Source: Candidatus Marinacidobacterales bacterium
GTDB lineage: Bacteria > Acidobacteriota > Vicinamibacteria > Marinacidobacterales > DATDRI01
Direction: 5' to 3'
Length of the DNA stretch: 64,000 nucleotides
NCBI GenBank assembly: GCA_965219415.1
Contig: CBDCNP010000002.1
Location: 5,629,530 to 5,693,529, forward strand
The notes under the pieces were generated by a model. The model made no database searches, was not told the DNA's origin, and saw nothing but the letters and a program-made list of their open reading frames with translations. Below, in pieces: positions 21,218 to 35,540 of this stretch. The stretch's first letter is position 1. The number at the start of each line of letters is the position of its first letter. Position numbers and translations under genes: made by a program.

Positions 21218-21877
21218 ATGTCGACCAAAGGATCACCGAACAGAGACGGCCCCGAACGCGGCGGCAATCCAACTCAGTCGCCCAGCGCAAAACACATCTG
21301 CGTCTATCTGGCCGGGAACATCGGAAACCGCGAAGAGCATGTCCGACAGGCCGAGACCCTGGGCCGCCTGATGGCGACGGAAGGGATCGGTCTGGTGTAC
21401 GGCGGGGCGCGGGTCGGGCTGATGGGCGCTCTGGCCGACGCCGTCCTTGCGCACGGCGGCAGCGTCACCGGCGTCATCCCACGACATCTGGAATACCAGG
21501 ACGTGGCCCACGACGGCCTGAGCCAACTGCATGTGGTCGACACCATGCATGAACGGAAATACAAGATGCAGTCGTTGGCGGACGCGTCGCTGGCCTTGCC
21601 CGGGGGCTTTGGAACGATCGAGGAGATATTCGAAGCGCTCACCTGGGCGCAGATCGAGCTGCATGAGAAGCCTTGCGTCTTGCTGAACAGCGACGGCTAC
21701 TACGACTACCTGTTCAAGTTCCTGGACCACGCGGTCGCCGAGGGGCTGCTGAAGGGGAAAAACCGGGCGTTGGCCCTGCAGGCGCCGACCGCCGAATCGG
21801 CGTTGCAGATGATCCGGTCGGCCTGGGCCAAAAAAGAAGATGCCCTGGTCCAGACGTTGCGGGCCTACCGGCGTTGA
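21218..21877 (+). CDS. LOG-family nucleotide monophosphate phosphoribohydrolase (TIGR00730-like)
   Basis: LVYGGARVGLMG, MHERK, LPGGFGTIEE. Confidence 0.9.
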   Translation: MSTKGSPNRDGPERGGNPTQSPSAKHICVYLAGNIGNREEHVRQAETLGRLMATEGIGLVYGGARVGLMGALADAVLAHGGSVTGVIPRHLEYQDVAHDGLSQLHVVDTMHERKYKMQSLADASLALPGGFGTIEEIFEALTWAQIELHEKPCVLLNSDGYYDYLFKFLDHAVAEGLLKGKNRALALQAPTAESALQMIRSAWAKKEDALVQTLRAYRR

Positions 21878-21928
21878 AGCCCTGATGGAGCGGGGCGCCG
21901 GTATCGTAACGCCGGGGCGTGTCGCAGC

Positions 21929-22270
21929 TTAGGCGAAGACGTCCAGAGCCGCTCGGCACGACTCCTTGATCACGATGATCCGGTCGAAACCGCTGATTCG
22001 GAAGACCTCCTCGATGTGTTTCCTCATGGCGCAGAGAACGATCCGCCCCTGGCTCGCCTGCAGCGCCCGTGTGGCGAGCAGAGCGACCCGCAGACCGACG
22101 CTGCTGATGAAGTCGAGACGGCTGAAATCGACGATCAGATGCCGCTCACCGCTGTTGATGTGCTCCATGACGATCGATTCGAACGCGCTGGCGTTCCCGC
22201 TGTCCAGGCGTCCGATGGGGAACAGCACGAGCACATCGTGATGCCGTTCTTCCGCAACTTCGATATCCAT
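21929..22270 (-). CDS. STAS anti-sigma-factor antagonist
   Basis: GRLD, VDFSRLDFISSVGLR, EVFRISGF. Confidence 0.9.
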   Translation of the reverse strand: MDIEVAEERHHDVLVLFPIGRLDSGNASAFESIVMEHINSGERHLIVDFSRLDFISSVGLRVALLATRALQASQGRIVLCAMRKHIEEVFRISGFDRIIVIKESCRAALDVFA

Positions 22271-22349
22271 CGGTGACACCAGCCGGCGTGCGGTGTGGAT
22301 TCCACCGCACTCCACGCCTGTCGGCGCGGAGCCTCATTGAAGCGGTCCG

Positions 22350-23168
22350 TCAGAACCGCCAGATCACCAGCAGTTGCGGCACGTTGTCATCTTCGTCTGC
22401 GCCCAGCTTGTTCCGCCAGTACTGGTACTCTATTCCCACCAGCAATTGATTCGCCGCTCCAAACAACGCTCCCAAATCCCAGGTGAGTTGGGGCTGCGCG
22501 AGAATCCAGCCCCTACCTCGATTGCCGAACTCGTCCCTCGTCCCGCCGATGTACTCGGCATGACCGCCAAACAAGAATGATTGGCTGCCGAGCTGAAAGG
22601 GGAGCGCCCAACTGACATCGAACATGAAGCTGCTGCTGGTTCGGGGAGCGCCACCTCCCTTGACGCCGCTGTTGGCGTCGATGAAGGCCGTCAAGTCGGT
22701 GTTAAGGAACGCGAAGCCCGGCACCTGCCAGGACGCTCGCACGCCGGGCAGGTACTTGAAGACGTCGGCGTCCGCGCCGAAGTTGATGCCGCCGATGAGC
22801 GCGATGTCGCGGATCGGCCCCAGCTGAAACTCCGTGCCTGACAGCTTGCTGAAGCTCAGGGTTGGATACCACTCCCCATAGAGGTCCTTGTCGTTGAAAC
22901 CGTCATGACCGCCATCGTCGAGGATGTCGACAAAAAAGTAGCTGTCTCCCAACCGCCAACTCGTCGCATGCTGGACGGTGAGTATGGAGGTGTATTCCCG
23001 TGCGCCCGAGAACGGGTTCGTGAGCTTGCCATACTGATAGTGGAATTCGGCCTGTGCGGCTGCCGCCGAGGCGGACGCCAGAACCAGGAACGCACCCAGG
23101 ACGCATCGCAGCAGGCCCGGTAGATGGGAGTGCACGGTCATGGGGTGTGCCTTCTTCACATTCGTCAT
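22350..23168 (-). CDS. Tsx/OmpK-like nucleoside-specific outer-membrane channel
   Basis: Signal peptide, WRLGDSYFFVD, YGEWYP, QPQLTWD, GIEYQYWRNKLG, terminal Phe. Confidence 0.8.
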   Translation of the reverse strand: MTNVKKAHPMTVHSHLPGLLRCVLGAFLVLASASAAAAQAEFHYQYGKLTNPFSGAREYTSILTVQHATSWRLGDSYFFVDILDDGGHDGFNDKDLYGEWYPTLSFSKLSGTEFQLGPIRDIALIGGINFGADADVFKYLPGVRASWQVPGFAFLNTDLTAFIDANSGVKGGGAPRTSSSFMFDVSWALPFQLGSQSFLFGGHAEYIGGTRDEFGNRGRGWILAQPQLTWDLGALFGAANQLLVGIEYQYWRNKLGADEDDNVPQLLVIWRF

Positions 23169-23333
23169 TGTCCGAGCCTGATAATCGACGCTATGGCGCC
23201 GGGGTGAACCCGCAACGAATCCAGCTGCAGGCAGTGCTTGGAAAATTCATCGATCCGGTTTCGTTCACACCGTATGACTGTGTCTCCGCCTTCCTCCGAT
23301 AAGCCGCCGCACTGTGCAAGGATCGGGGTGCGG

Positions 23334-23672
23334 TCAGAACAAATTCATGGAAGCCTTACGGGAGTTCTGGATCGGGATGAGCTGATCGAAGCCGCTGATC
23401 ATGAAAACTTCATGGATGTGCTCATGCATGTCGCACAGGACGAGCTTCCCCTGGGTTGCGCTGAGCTTCTTGGCCGCGATGAGAAGCACCCTCAGGCCGG
23501 AACTACTGATGAAGTTCAGACGGCTGAAATCGACGATCAAGCGCTGTTCGCCTTTGCTGATGTGATCCATGACGATGGATTCGAATGCGCGTGCGTTCGT
23601 GCTATCGAGCCGGTCGACCGGCAACAGCACCAAGACGTCGTTGTCTCGTTCTTCAACAACTTCAATGTTCAT
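23334..23672 (-). CDS. STAS anti-sigma-factor antagonist (second paralog)
   Basis: VDFSRLNFISSSGLRVLL; closely similar to 21929-22270. Confidence 0.9.
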   Translation of the reverse strand: MNIEVVEERDNDVLVLLPVDRLDSTNARAFESIVMDHISKGEQRLIVDFSRLNFISSSGLRVLLIAAKKLSATQGKLVLCDMHEHIHEVFMISGFDQLIPIQNSRKASMNLF

Positions 23673-23720
23673 CGATACGCCTCTTCCTCGGGTCGGGAGC
23701 GATTCCCGACGGTGTTATTG

Positions 23721-24146
23721 CTATGCGGGCTTGAGATCGTGCTCCAAGGTCAAACGGTTCTTGCCCCCCACGAACTCGTAGGAGATGCGGCTGGCGAAGT
23801 TCTTGACCAGATGGAGGCCCAAGCCGCCCACGTTACGAGCTTCCAGCGGCGCCGCGGTGTCCGGGTCTGTGTTGAGGGTCGGGTCGAACGGACTCCCATT
23901 GTCCTCCATCGTTAGGATCAGGATATCGCACTTGACCTTCAAGTGGATATCGATCCTGGGATCGACCCCGGCCTCGAAGCTGCCGTGAGTCACGGTGTTC
24001 GTGATTAACTCGTCCAGTTCCAGGTTGATGGCGAAAACTTTCAGTGCGGGCACGTTATTGGCCTCTCCGAAATCTTCAACCATGGTCGCCAGATCGCGGA
24101 GCTCGGACAGCCGGACGGGTAGTGTGACACGTAATTCATCAGACAT
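23721..24146 (-). CDS. RsbW/SpoIIAB-like anti-sigma serine kinase (HATPase_c_2)
   Basis: LDELITNTVTHG, EDNGSPFDP, GGLGLHLVK. Confidence 0.9.
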   Translation of the reverse strand: MSDELRVTLPVRLSELRDLATMVEDFGEANNVPALKVFAINLELDELITNTVTHGSFEAGVDPRIDIHLKVKCDILILTMEDNGSPFDPTLNTDPDTAAPLEARNVGGLGLHLVKNFASRISYEFVGGKNRLTLEHDLKPA

Positions 24147-24226
24147 AGTGTTGGTTGCTCCTTGACGATTTAAGCCGTTCTAACCTCCACAGCATTCCGC
24201 GTGCGATCACGCAGGGAAACGAACCT

Positions 24227-24496
24227 TCACGATTCCGTGAAGCTCAGCGGCGCCGCAGGACGAGGCAGGTCATGTCGTCGGTTCGTGTCCTCGGCGATCG
24301 CGGCGACCTCGGCGGCAATCGTGGCGATATCGGCGCGCCCGAGGAAAGCGGACTTGATCGCCGACTGGGACGCCGCCATGAACAGGGCCGCGGCCACCCC
24401 CTTGCCCGAGACGTCGCCGATGGTGAAGAACAGCATCCCGTCCGACGGCCCCACGACATCGACGAAATCGCCACCCACTTGCTTCGCCGGAGTCAT
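24227..24496 (-). pseudogene. SpoIIE/PP2C phosphatase remnant with internal deletion
   Basis: VGGDF and IGDVSGKGVAAALFMA joined out of frame to the terminal DDMTCLVL. Confidence 0.85.
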
Positions 24497-24930
24497 CCGC
24501 GCACGGTGTCGAGCTCATCGGGGGAGGCATTGACGCCCATCTTTCTGAGCGCGGTTTTCGCGGCATTTACCGAGCGAGCGGAGCTAAGCACCCCGAGGAG
24601 AAGGGACTGGAGCTCTTCGGAATATCCGCGCTCGTAAGGTGGAGGGAGTGAGTTCGGTCGAAACTGACCACTGCGAGTTCTGGGCACGCGGATGTCGACG
24701 GGCATGGAGCCGACATTCAACGAGCGCTCATAGCCGCCGTTACCTTTGTCGCCGGTGGCCTCGGCAAGGTAAGCGCAGCGCTCGGCTTGCCCCGCGGCGG
24801 AGAGCATCATTCCCAAGAGCTCTCGAACGCTGAAATTCTCAAGGCCGGCGCTGAGCAGGCGGTCGATTTCCTTGTCGAGAGACTCGGACAGAGTTTTTTG
24901 TGATACGTTGGATTCCGGATCTGTAGGCAT
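24497..24930 (-). pseudogene. IS256-family transposase, N-terminal fragment
   Basis: AER..YL, GNGGYERSL, IRVPRTRSGQFRP. Confidence 0.75.
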
Positions 24931-24941
24931 TGCTTGGTTCC

Positions 24942-26257
<1,316 letters not shown>

Positions 26258-26719
26258 TCCTTTCAAGTAAACGGGTCCTTGCCCCAAGGTGGCAGCCTTG
26301 GGGCTTTTCTTTTATTGCTCGCACTCGCGAGCTACTCCCACGCAGTGTATCTCCAAGGTCGCAGCACGCGCCTGCGACCACTCACCTCCCGAACGGGCAG
26401 CTCACGAGGCTCCCCGTAAGTGAAAAGGGGGTGCTGGGGGTCGGGTCACGTCGAGAAAACGTCTCCTGGGGCAAATGAGAGCGTCGGTTTCGAGCCCAAC
26501 CGCCAATTCCGAGATATCCGATGAAATCGGGCTCGCGCACCGATCCTCCTGAGCCGATGCCGTCCACCGTCGCCGAACGTACTTCGCAGCGCGCTCCGCT
26601 CTCGCTCCGGATTTCACTTTGGGCGGGACCGCTTCGTGGCCCCTTCGCGGTCGTCGCTCTCGCTGAAACGTCGTTCTCATTGTCAGAGCCGGACACAACA
26701 TTCAGGTTACTCCCGGGCC

Positions 26720-27254
26720 GGTCAGCCGCGGCAGCTTCCATAGGACATCGGCGCGGATGAAAAAACACGAGGGGGAGGAGAAAGAGGTTGTTGGTGAACT
26801 ATCCGGAAACATTCAAGGAGAAGATGGTACTGAGGATGAGCGAGCCGGGCGGAATCAGCGCGAACGCGTTGTCGGAGGAAGTAGGAGTTTCTCAGACATC
26901 GCTTTCGAAGTGGCTTCGAGACGCAGCTGGGGTTGAGCCTGTGGCGAAGAGGGTGAACGGCAAATCCATCAAGGCGAAGGTCGGAAAGCGTCCGCAAGAC
27001 TGGACGGCTGCGGAAAAGCTAGAAGCGGTTCTGGAATCGGCCTCGTTGTCCGAGCAGGAGCTCGGTGAGTACCTTCGCCGCAAGGGATTACACGAAGCTC
27101 AGCTAGAGCAATGGCGGCGCCGGGTCACGGAGGCGTTTATGGAAGCGCTGCAGAGCAAGAGCTCGCGGAAGAAAGCGTCCGTGGGAGGCGAAACGTGTGC
27201 GAGCGCTCGAGCGGGAGCTGCGCCGTAAGGAAAAGGCCCTGGCCGAGACGGCGG
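26720..27254 (+). mobile_element. IS3-family element D, left end and orfA fragment
   Basis: [35 protein letters not shown] (frameshifted); fused to the inverted squalene synthase copy. Confidence 0.75.
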
Positions 27255-27258
27255 TGTT

Positions 27259-28055
27259 AACCGCAACGCGTCCGCCAGATGCTGGCGGGCGATCCCCACC
27301 AGCGTGAACAGCCCGTCGGTGAAGCGGGGGTCATTTTGCCCCGCGGACAGGGAGCGCAGCTCGAACCCGGCTTCAAGGAAGATGTCCCGCGGCAGCCAGC
27401 ACGCCCCGCGCTGCCGGTCGTCCCATACATCCTTGAGGATGTTGGTCATCTGCAGCCCTTGGCCGAAGAAGACTGCCAGCGGGAGCAGTTCGTTGCGACG
27501 TTCGTTGATTTCGGCGGAGTAGTCGCAGAACAGCTCGGTGAGCATCTCGCCGACCACGCCGGCGACGTGGTAGCAATAGCGATCGAGGTGGGGCAGGTCG
27601 TTCAAGCCGGCGGCTGTCACGTGCTGCTGAAACTCCGCCATGCCGTGCGCCATGATCCGCACGCAGCGTTCGAGCGCGCCTCGTTGGGCAGCACGAAACC
27701 CGTTTGTGATGCGGATGACCCGGGCGGTGTTGGCGATCAGGTCATGCTCGCTGGCGGTCGACGACGACGACAGCCCCGCGCCGAGCTCGCGCGCGAACGG
27801 CTCCGCTGCTTCTCGACCGGCCACGACCTCGACGAAGCGTTCCGCAAACGCCTGCTTCTGCCCGGCGGACAGCGTGGGCTCGTCCTCAATGGTGTCTGTG
27901 ATTCGGCACAGGAGATAGGCATTGCCCACCACGTCACGGAGAGCGCCTGGAAGCTGCGGAATCGTGAGCGCAAAGGTGCGGGACACGCCTTGCAGGATCG
28001 CAGCCTGGTAGGCGAGGTCGCCCTTCGTCGACACGTTCGAGGAGGACGCCGTCAT
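27259..28055 (-). pseudogene. Squalene synthase duplicate, 3'-truncated
   Basis: Reverse complement of 16281-17077. Confidence 0.9.
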
Positions 28056-28258
28056 CCTGACGCGTGTCCCATTTTCTCTTCGCCTAATGGAAGTTATATG
28101 GACTTCACCGTGGGGCTGTCAAGCGGGGCCGGGCGCTTCCGGCAAGGCCTTCGTCCGGGCCCTGGGTGGTTGACATCGGTCCGCTAGGCAGGCACTCTCT
28201 GCGATGAGGCTCGCGGTGTTGTACAGCTACGAAGCCAAAGAGGGAGCGGTCGTTCAAA

Positions 28259-28652
28259 GTGAGAACGATGCAAGTCATTCTAGCGCAACCGCGCGGGTTT
28301 TGTGCCGGTGTCGAGCGCGCCATCGAGATCGTCGAAGCGGCGCTGCAACAGTACGGGCCCCCAATCTATGTGCGGCACGAAATCGTCCATAATCTTCGGG
28401 TCGTGGAAAACCTGAAGGCGAAAGGCGTACGCTTCGTCGAACAGATCGATCAGATTCCCAATGGGGCCATCACGGTGTTCAGCGCCCACGGCGTGTCGGA
28501 GAAGGTCGAGCAGGACGCGTTGGTGCGCGGCCTGCGTCCGCTGGATGCCACCTGCCCGCTGGTCTCCAAGGTGCACATAGAGGGCCGGCGCTACGCGGCC
28601 AACGGCTACGACATCATCCTGATCGGCCACGAGAACCACCCCGAGGTGGAAG
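28259..28652 (+). pseudogene. ispH: ispH duplicate, 3'-truncated
   Basis: Reverse complement of 15684-16077 with two visible coding differences (I4M, S-to-L). Confidence 0.9.
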
Positions 28653-28726
28653 ACATCGGTCCGCTAGGCGGGCATTCTCTTGCGATGAGGCTCGCGGTGT
28701 TGTACAGCTACGAAGCCAAAGAGGGA

Positions 28727-29637
28727 AGCTGACCTCGAATCCGGATGTGGCAAACGCCATGAAGCCTGCCGACAGGACCACGGTCGTCGTAAGCAACGCC
28801 TGGCCGACGGTGTGAAAAGCGGAACGCACGGCCTCGGCCGCCGAGAGGCCCTCGCGCCTGGCCTTCAGATACTTGCTCAAGAAATGAATCGTGTCGTCCA
28901 CGATAATTCCGAAGACGATGGCGACGACCACCGAAGAGGCAATACCCACGTGACCCACGAGATAGCCCCACAGGCCAAAGCTCATGATGGCCGGGATGAA
29001 ATTCGGCACAAGACTGAGCAGGCCGATCCGAATGCTCCGGAAAATGAAAATCAGGATGAACGAAATAAGAACCATGGCAGAGATCGTGCCGCCCAGCATG
29101 CTGTCGATGCTTCGCTGCGAGACGTGAGCGGACATGATGCTGAGGCCCGATGCCCCGGCCGAAAAACCGGGCGCATTGGCACGGATCCAGACCTGCGCGC
29201 GCTCATCGAGCTCACGCAGCTCCCTGGACCATGAGCTGCTGGTCGAGACGACCAGGCGCGTCGCGGACTTGGCGACGTCGATACGGTCGTTGAGATCGGC
29301 GCCGAACGGGAGCGAAAGCTCGTAGAGCAACAGATACTGCGCCGCGAGGTCCCCGTCTTCAGGCAGGCGATGGAAGGCCGGATCGTCGCCGTGCATGTTC
29401 TTGTTGAGACGCTTCATGATGTCCGGAAAAGACTGGACGTAGGTTACTTCGGGCTGCTCCCGGAACCATTCGGCCAGCGCATCGACCGTGCGCAGATACC
29501 CGGGATCGGTAATGCCGCCTTCGCGCCCGGCGTCCAGCGAATATTCCAGCCTGTCCAGGCTCGTCAGGTTCTCGGCGACGTAATCCGAATCACGCCGGAA
29601 CTCGTAACGTTCATCGAAGTACTGTGTCAGGTTGTCG
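28727..29637 (-). pseudogene. MMPL fragment duplicate
   Basis: Reverse complement of 14031-14941 with few SNPs. Confidence 0.9.
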
Positions 29638-29804
29638 GGTGCTTCCGCCATTAAGTGTTGGTGAGATGAACTCTAAGACTTTACGGTGCATTAAGTTCCA
29701 GCCAAAATAGCGCTCGTGACCTTCGCTGCGCGCTAAATAGAGCGTAAGCGACTCTTTTGCAACGGGATACGTACACATCACCAACAGTAAACAGCGCAAG
29801 CACC
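29638..29804 (-). mobile_element. MITE-A copy 4
   Basis: Reverse orientation, 167 bp; its terminal ATG (29651) is in frame with the MMPL fragment. Confidence 0.9.
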
Positions 29805-29896
29805 CCATCGGGAAGCCGCATGAGTATTTTGACCTCACGCCTTGGAAAGGTGCAAACTGCTGACCCGCTGGGCGTTCGAGTATTTGGACTAGACGC
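29805..29896. repeat. Fused orphan right end and inverted left end of integrase element X
   Basis: 29805-29841 matches ~48753-48789; 29839-29896 is the reverse complement of ~18089-18147. Confidence 0.8.
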
Positions 29897-29908
29897 GAGA
29901 GAAAGAGG

Positions 29909-30592
29909 TCAAGATTCTATCTGAATATTGGCGTTGCTCGGGTTACAGCATTCCGAGTCCCGCACACAGCGACAACCACCGACCGCTAGGAGAGCGCCGA
30001 GCACCGGAGCCGTGAGATAGATCCAGAGAGCTTGGACGTGTCCACTCACCAGCGCGGGTCCGAGGGAGCGCGCCGGATTCATCGACGCACCCGAGACGGG
30101 TCCCCCGAAGAGAGACCCTAGGGCGACGGCTCCACCTACGGCGACTCCTGCCAATAGGCCCTTCTCTTTTTCGCCGGTGGAAACGCCGAGAATCACGAAC
30201 ATCAGAATGGATGTGAGGAGCACCTCGAGAACGAAAGACTGCGAAGCCCGACCAGCGGGAATTGTCGCGCCGAGGGTCTGGCTCTCCAGAAACAACGCAC
30301 GAACGATGAGGCTGGCAGCGAGGGCACCTGCGGACTGACTAACGACGTAGGGCGCAACCTCACGGCGCGACATTCGCCCCGAGGCCCAGAACCCTAGTGT
30401 CACGGCGGGGTTCAAATGCGCACCGGAAACGTCCCCCACCGAATAGATCATTGCCATGACCACCAGACCGAACGTGAGGGCCACGCCTACGTGGGAAATA
30501 ACTCCCCCGTTGAGCTCGTTAATGACGATGGCGGCGGTGCCAGCGAACACGAGCGCAAAGGTACCAATGGATTCAGCCAGATAGCGTTTCAT
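29909..30592 (-). CDS. MIP-family aquaporin/aquaglyceroporin
   Basis: SGAHLNPAVT and GASMNPARS; Cys-rich tail. Confidence 0.92.
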   Translation of the reverse strand: MKRYLAESIGTFALVFAGTAAIVINELNGGVISHVGVALTFGLVVMAMIYSVGDVSGAHLNPAVTLGFWASGRMSRREVAPYVVSQSAGALAASLIVRALFLESQTLGATIPAGRASQSFVLEVLLTSILMFVILGVSTGEKEKGLLAGVAVGGAVALGSLFGGPVSGASMNPARSLGPALVSGHVQALWIYLTAPVLGALLAVGGCRCVRDSECCNPSNANIQIES

Positions 30593-30819
30593 GGGGGCCC
30601 GATTATAACAGCTAGGCGGAAGTCGCTACGGTGAGTCGCGCGAGATGATCCGCGGTATGCTCCTGACCGATCGTCTCGCATCGCCATCCCGTCCTGTGCC
30701 AAAACTCGGCCTTTTTGAAATTGAACCGCTCCGGGTTTCCCGGAGACTCCACCTCTTGAGAGGATGGAGTCATGACAAGACGAAGGAGGTATTCACCGGA
30801 GGTAAAAGAGCGCGCAGTG

Positions 30820-32076
30820 TGGGCTTGATCCAGTTTCGTGGACACTTTCTGAAAGGCGGATACGATGTCCACAATGGCAAAGACAACGCAGCCCCGGCGA
30901 CCCCGCCGGGAGTTTGATGACGAGTTTAAGGCAGGCGCGGTCCGGCTGGTGCTTGATGAGGGCCAGAGCGTGGGTCGGGTGGCCCGGGAGCTTGACCTCA
31001 CCGAATCGGCGTTTCGCAACTGGGTCCGTCAGGCCCGGGCCGATCGGACGAAGGGCCGGACGGGCTTGACGGGCGTGGAACGCGAGGAGCTTCGGCGGCT
31101 CCGCAAAGAGAATCGGCGGTTGCGGGTGGAGCGCGACGTTTTAAAAAAAGCCGCGGCCTTCTTCGCGAAGGAGAGCGAGTAAGATTCGCGTTCATCCAGG
31201 CGGAGAAGGCCACCGTACCGGTCGTTCACCTGTGTCAGATTCTCAACGTCTCTCGGAGTGGCTTTTATGCCTGGGTACGTCGGCCGCCGTCGGCCCACGC
31301 GCGCCGGGACCGCCAGTTGCGCGTGTTGATTCGTGCCTCCCATGAGGCGAGTCGCCGCACCTATGGGAGTCCGCGGATTTATCACGACCTGCACGAGCAG
31401 GGGTATCGAGTGAGTCGGAAGCGGGTGATTCGGTTGAAACAGGCAGAAGGCCTCATTGCTCGAGTACGCAAACGCTTCAAGCGCACGACGGTAAGCGGTC
31501 ATGGCCAGCCCGTCGCGGCCAATGTGCTCGGGCAAGACTTCGTCGCCGATGCGCCGAACCAACGGTGGGTCGGGGACACGACCGAGTTCGTGATCGGCAG
31601 CGGCGGGAAGCTTTATCTCGCGGCGCTCCTCGACCTCTACTCGCGATTCCTCGTTGGATGGGCCGTAAGTGCTATTAACGACCGTCACCTGGTTATCAAG
31701 GCGTTGCGGATGGCACTGAAACGTCGCCAACCGGCCGCGGGGCTCTTGCATCACTCCGATCAGGGCAGTCCGTATGCCAGCAAAGACTACCAACGTCTCC
31801 TTGAGACGCATGGCATGACCGGGAGCATGAGCCGACGGGGCAACTGCTACGACAACGCCGTCATCGAGAGCTGGTTCTCCACGGTCAAGCACGAGCTTGG
31901 GGAGCATTTCCTCAGTTGCGGCGAGGCCAAGATGGCCCTCTTCGACTTCATCGAGGTATTCTACAACCAGAGACGACGACACTCGACCCTCGGCCAGGTC
32001 AGTCCGGCCGAGTTTGAACGACGGATGAGGACTTCGCCAGCTTAACTAAACCGTCTACGAAACCGGATCAAGCCCA
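30820..32076 (+). mobile_element. IS3-family element A, copy 2
   Basis: Same length and translations as 12211-13467; TSD GTG. Confidence 0.95.
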
Positions 32077-32387
32077 GTGGGGATGGTTATCGACCAGCAG
32101 GCTGAGCAGGAATCTCAGTGGTCAGCGATCTCATCGATTGCGTCGAAGATTGACTGTACGCGGGAAACGCTACGCACGTGGGTGCGTCGAGCAGAGCGTG
32201 ATGCTGGGAAACGAGCGGGACTGACGACGGACGAGGGTCAGCGGCTGAAGGAGCTTGAGCGAGAGAACCGTGAGCTAAAGGGGGCGAACGAGATCCTTCT
32301 CAAGGCGTCGGCGTTTTTCGCCCAGGCGGAGCTCGACCGCCGACCGAGGTGAATGTGTTGTTCGTGGACGCGAACCGTGAAAATTAG

Positions 32388-34401
<2,014 letters not shown>

Positions 34402-34699
34402 GCAGCCGAGGCGACTCTTACGATAACGCTTTGGCTGAATCCATCATCGGCCTCTACAAGACCGAGGTGACCCGTCGACGTGGGCCCTGGCGTGGTCTCG
34501 AAGACGTTGAGTTCGCCACCCTCGAGTGGGTCCATTGGTACAACACGCAACGACTCTTGGAGCCGATCGGAAATGTCTCCCCCGTTGAGTACGAGATGAA
34601 CTACTACCGGTCGCAGGAAGGCTCGCTAGAGATGGCGAGACTCAACTAAAACAGTCTCCGGAAAACCCGGGGCGGTTCAGTTCGCAGGACCTCAACTCC

Positions 34700-34783
34700 C
34701 ATGTCTGTCTGTCTGCCAGTCAATACACGATCTTCTTTTTTGCGGATCACAGGCTGGCCGCCAATACTTAATTGCGGAAGCAC
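34700..34783. repeat. Stacked orphan termini: C-type end followed by IS1-type end
   Basis: 34700-34753 matches 36657-36704 inverted; 34752-34783 matches 3917-3948. Confidence 0.8.
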
Positions 34784-35126
34784 CTGTATAGCCAAGTCAA
34801 TGCAGCCTTTTTGGAACTCGGGCGAGCGCGACAAGAGCCAGGGCCTCGACATCCTCGGTCTCAGGCAGCTCGACCAACGCCTCGAGCGCGACTGGGTCTC
34901 CGGTATCACGACGATCTCATCCCGCGCCCGCTACCTGACACTTCTCCCCTGGGTACTCGCCGAACTCTACGCGCACGAACTCACACGAGGTGGCGGCAAG
35001 GCCGTTATAGCCGCGGATCGACTGGACGAAGTGTTGGCAAAGGCTGAAGTTCGTTATTTTCGTTGCCAGCGCAACCGGGAGCGATTGGGGTGAGTCCGGC
35101 AACACGTTCGGCGTCCTGGGATCAAC
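34784..35126 (+). pseudogene. N-terminal fragment of a hypothetical protein (D.LG...GITT...RARY...PW motif)
   Basis: GLDILGLRQ...[18 protein letters not shown]; frameshifted and cut by MITE-D. Confidence 0.5.
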
Positions 35127-35433
35127 CCCGTCGTGTCCAAAAAATACAAACGAACTCAAGACCGGCGCGCGGGGACGTTTCGGATTAGATATGTCTACGC
35201 TTGATTGGCCAATGGGAGCTAGAATCCTCGGTCATGAGGATGTCGATCCAGCCCTTGACATAGTTGGTGGTCGCCATCGCTGGTTGGATCCAGCGTGACC
35301 AACCCGCCAAGCCCGAGAAGTGAGGTCGGATCGGCCACGGGACGAATGTGTAGCCCTGGGGGCGGTTCTAGAGGGACTTCAAGCAGGCCGGCGCGCGAGT
35401 CTTGAGTTCGTTTGTATTTTTGGACACGACGGG
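35127..35433 (+). mobile_element. MITE-D (307 bp), internally deleted integrase-core element
   Basis: ~35-bp near-perfect TIR CCCGTCGTGTCCAAAAATACAAACGAACTCAAGAC; retains a VVAIAGWIQRDQ transposase start; left ends recur at 39713 and 39975. Confidence 0.85.
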
Positions 35434-35540
35434 CTAAGAAATACGCTCGCCAAGATACAACACGTCCGTCACTTCAGGTGCCAGAAGCCTATCGGGCCTG
35501 CTCGCAGATCTGACGCGATGTGCGGTAGTTCACCCGTAGC

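Noticed and set aside
15130-21877. ispH plus LOG as a cytokinin biosynthesis cluster
   Set aside because: No isopentenyltransferase is present and the genes are separated by IS debris, so the adjacency is probably incidental.
26330-26700. Possible further IS end (...TGTCAGAGCCGGACACA) or structured RNA
   Set aside because: Single copy with no partner end or transposase in the window; cannot be supported.
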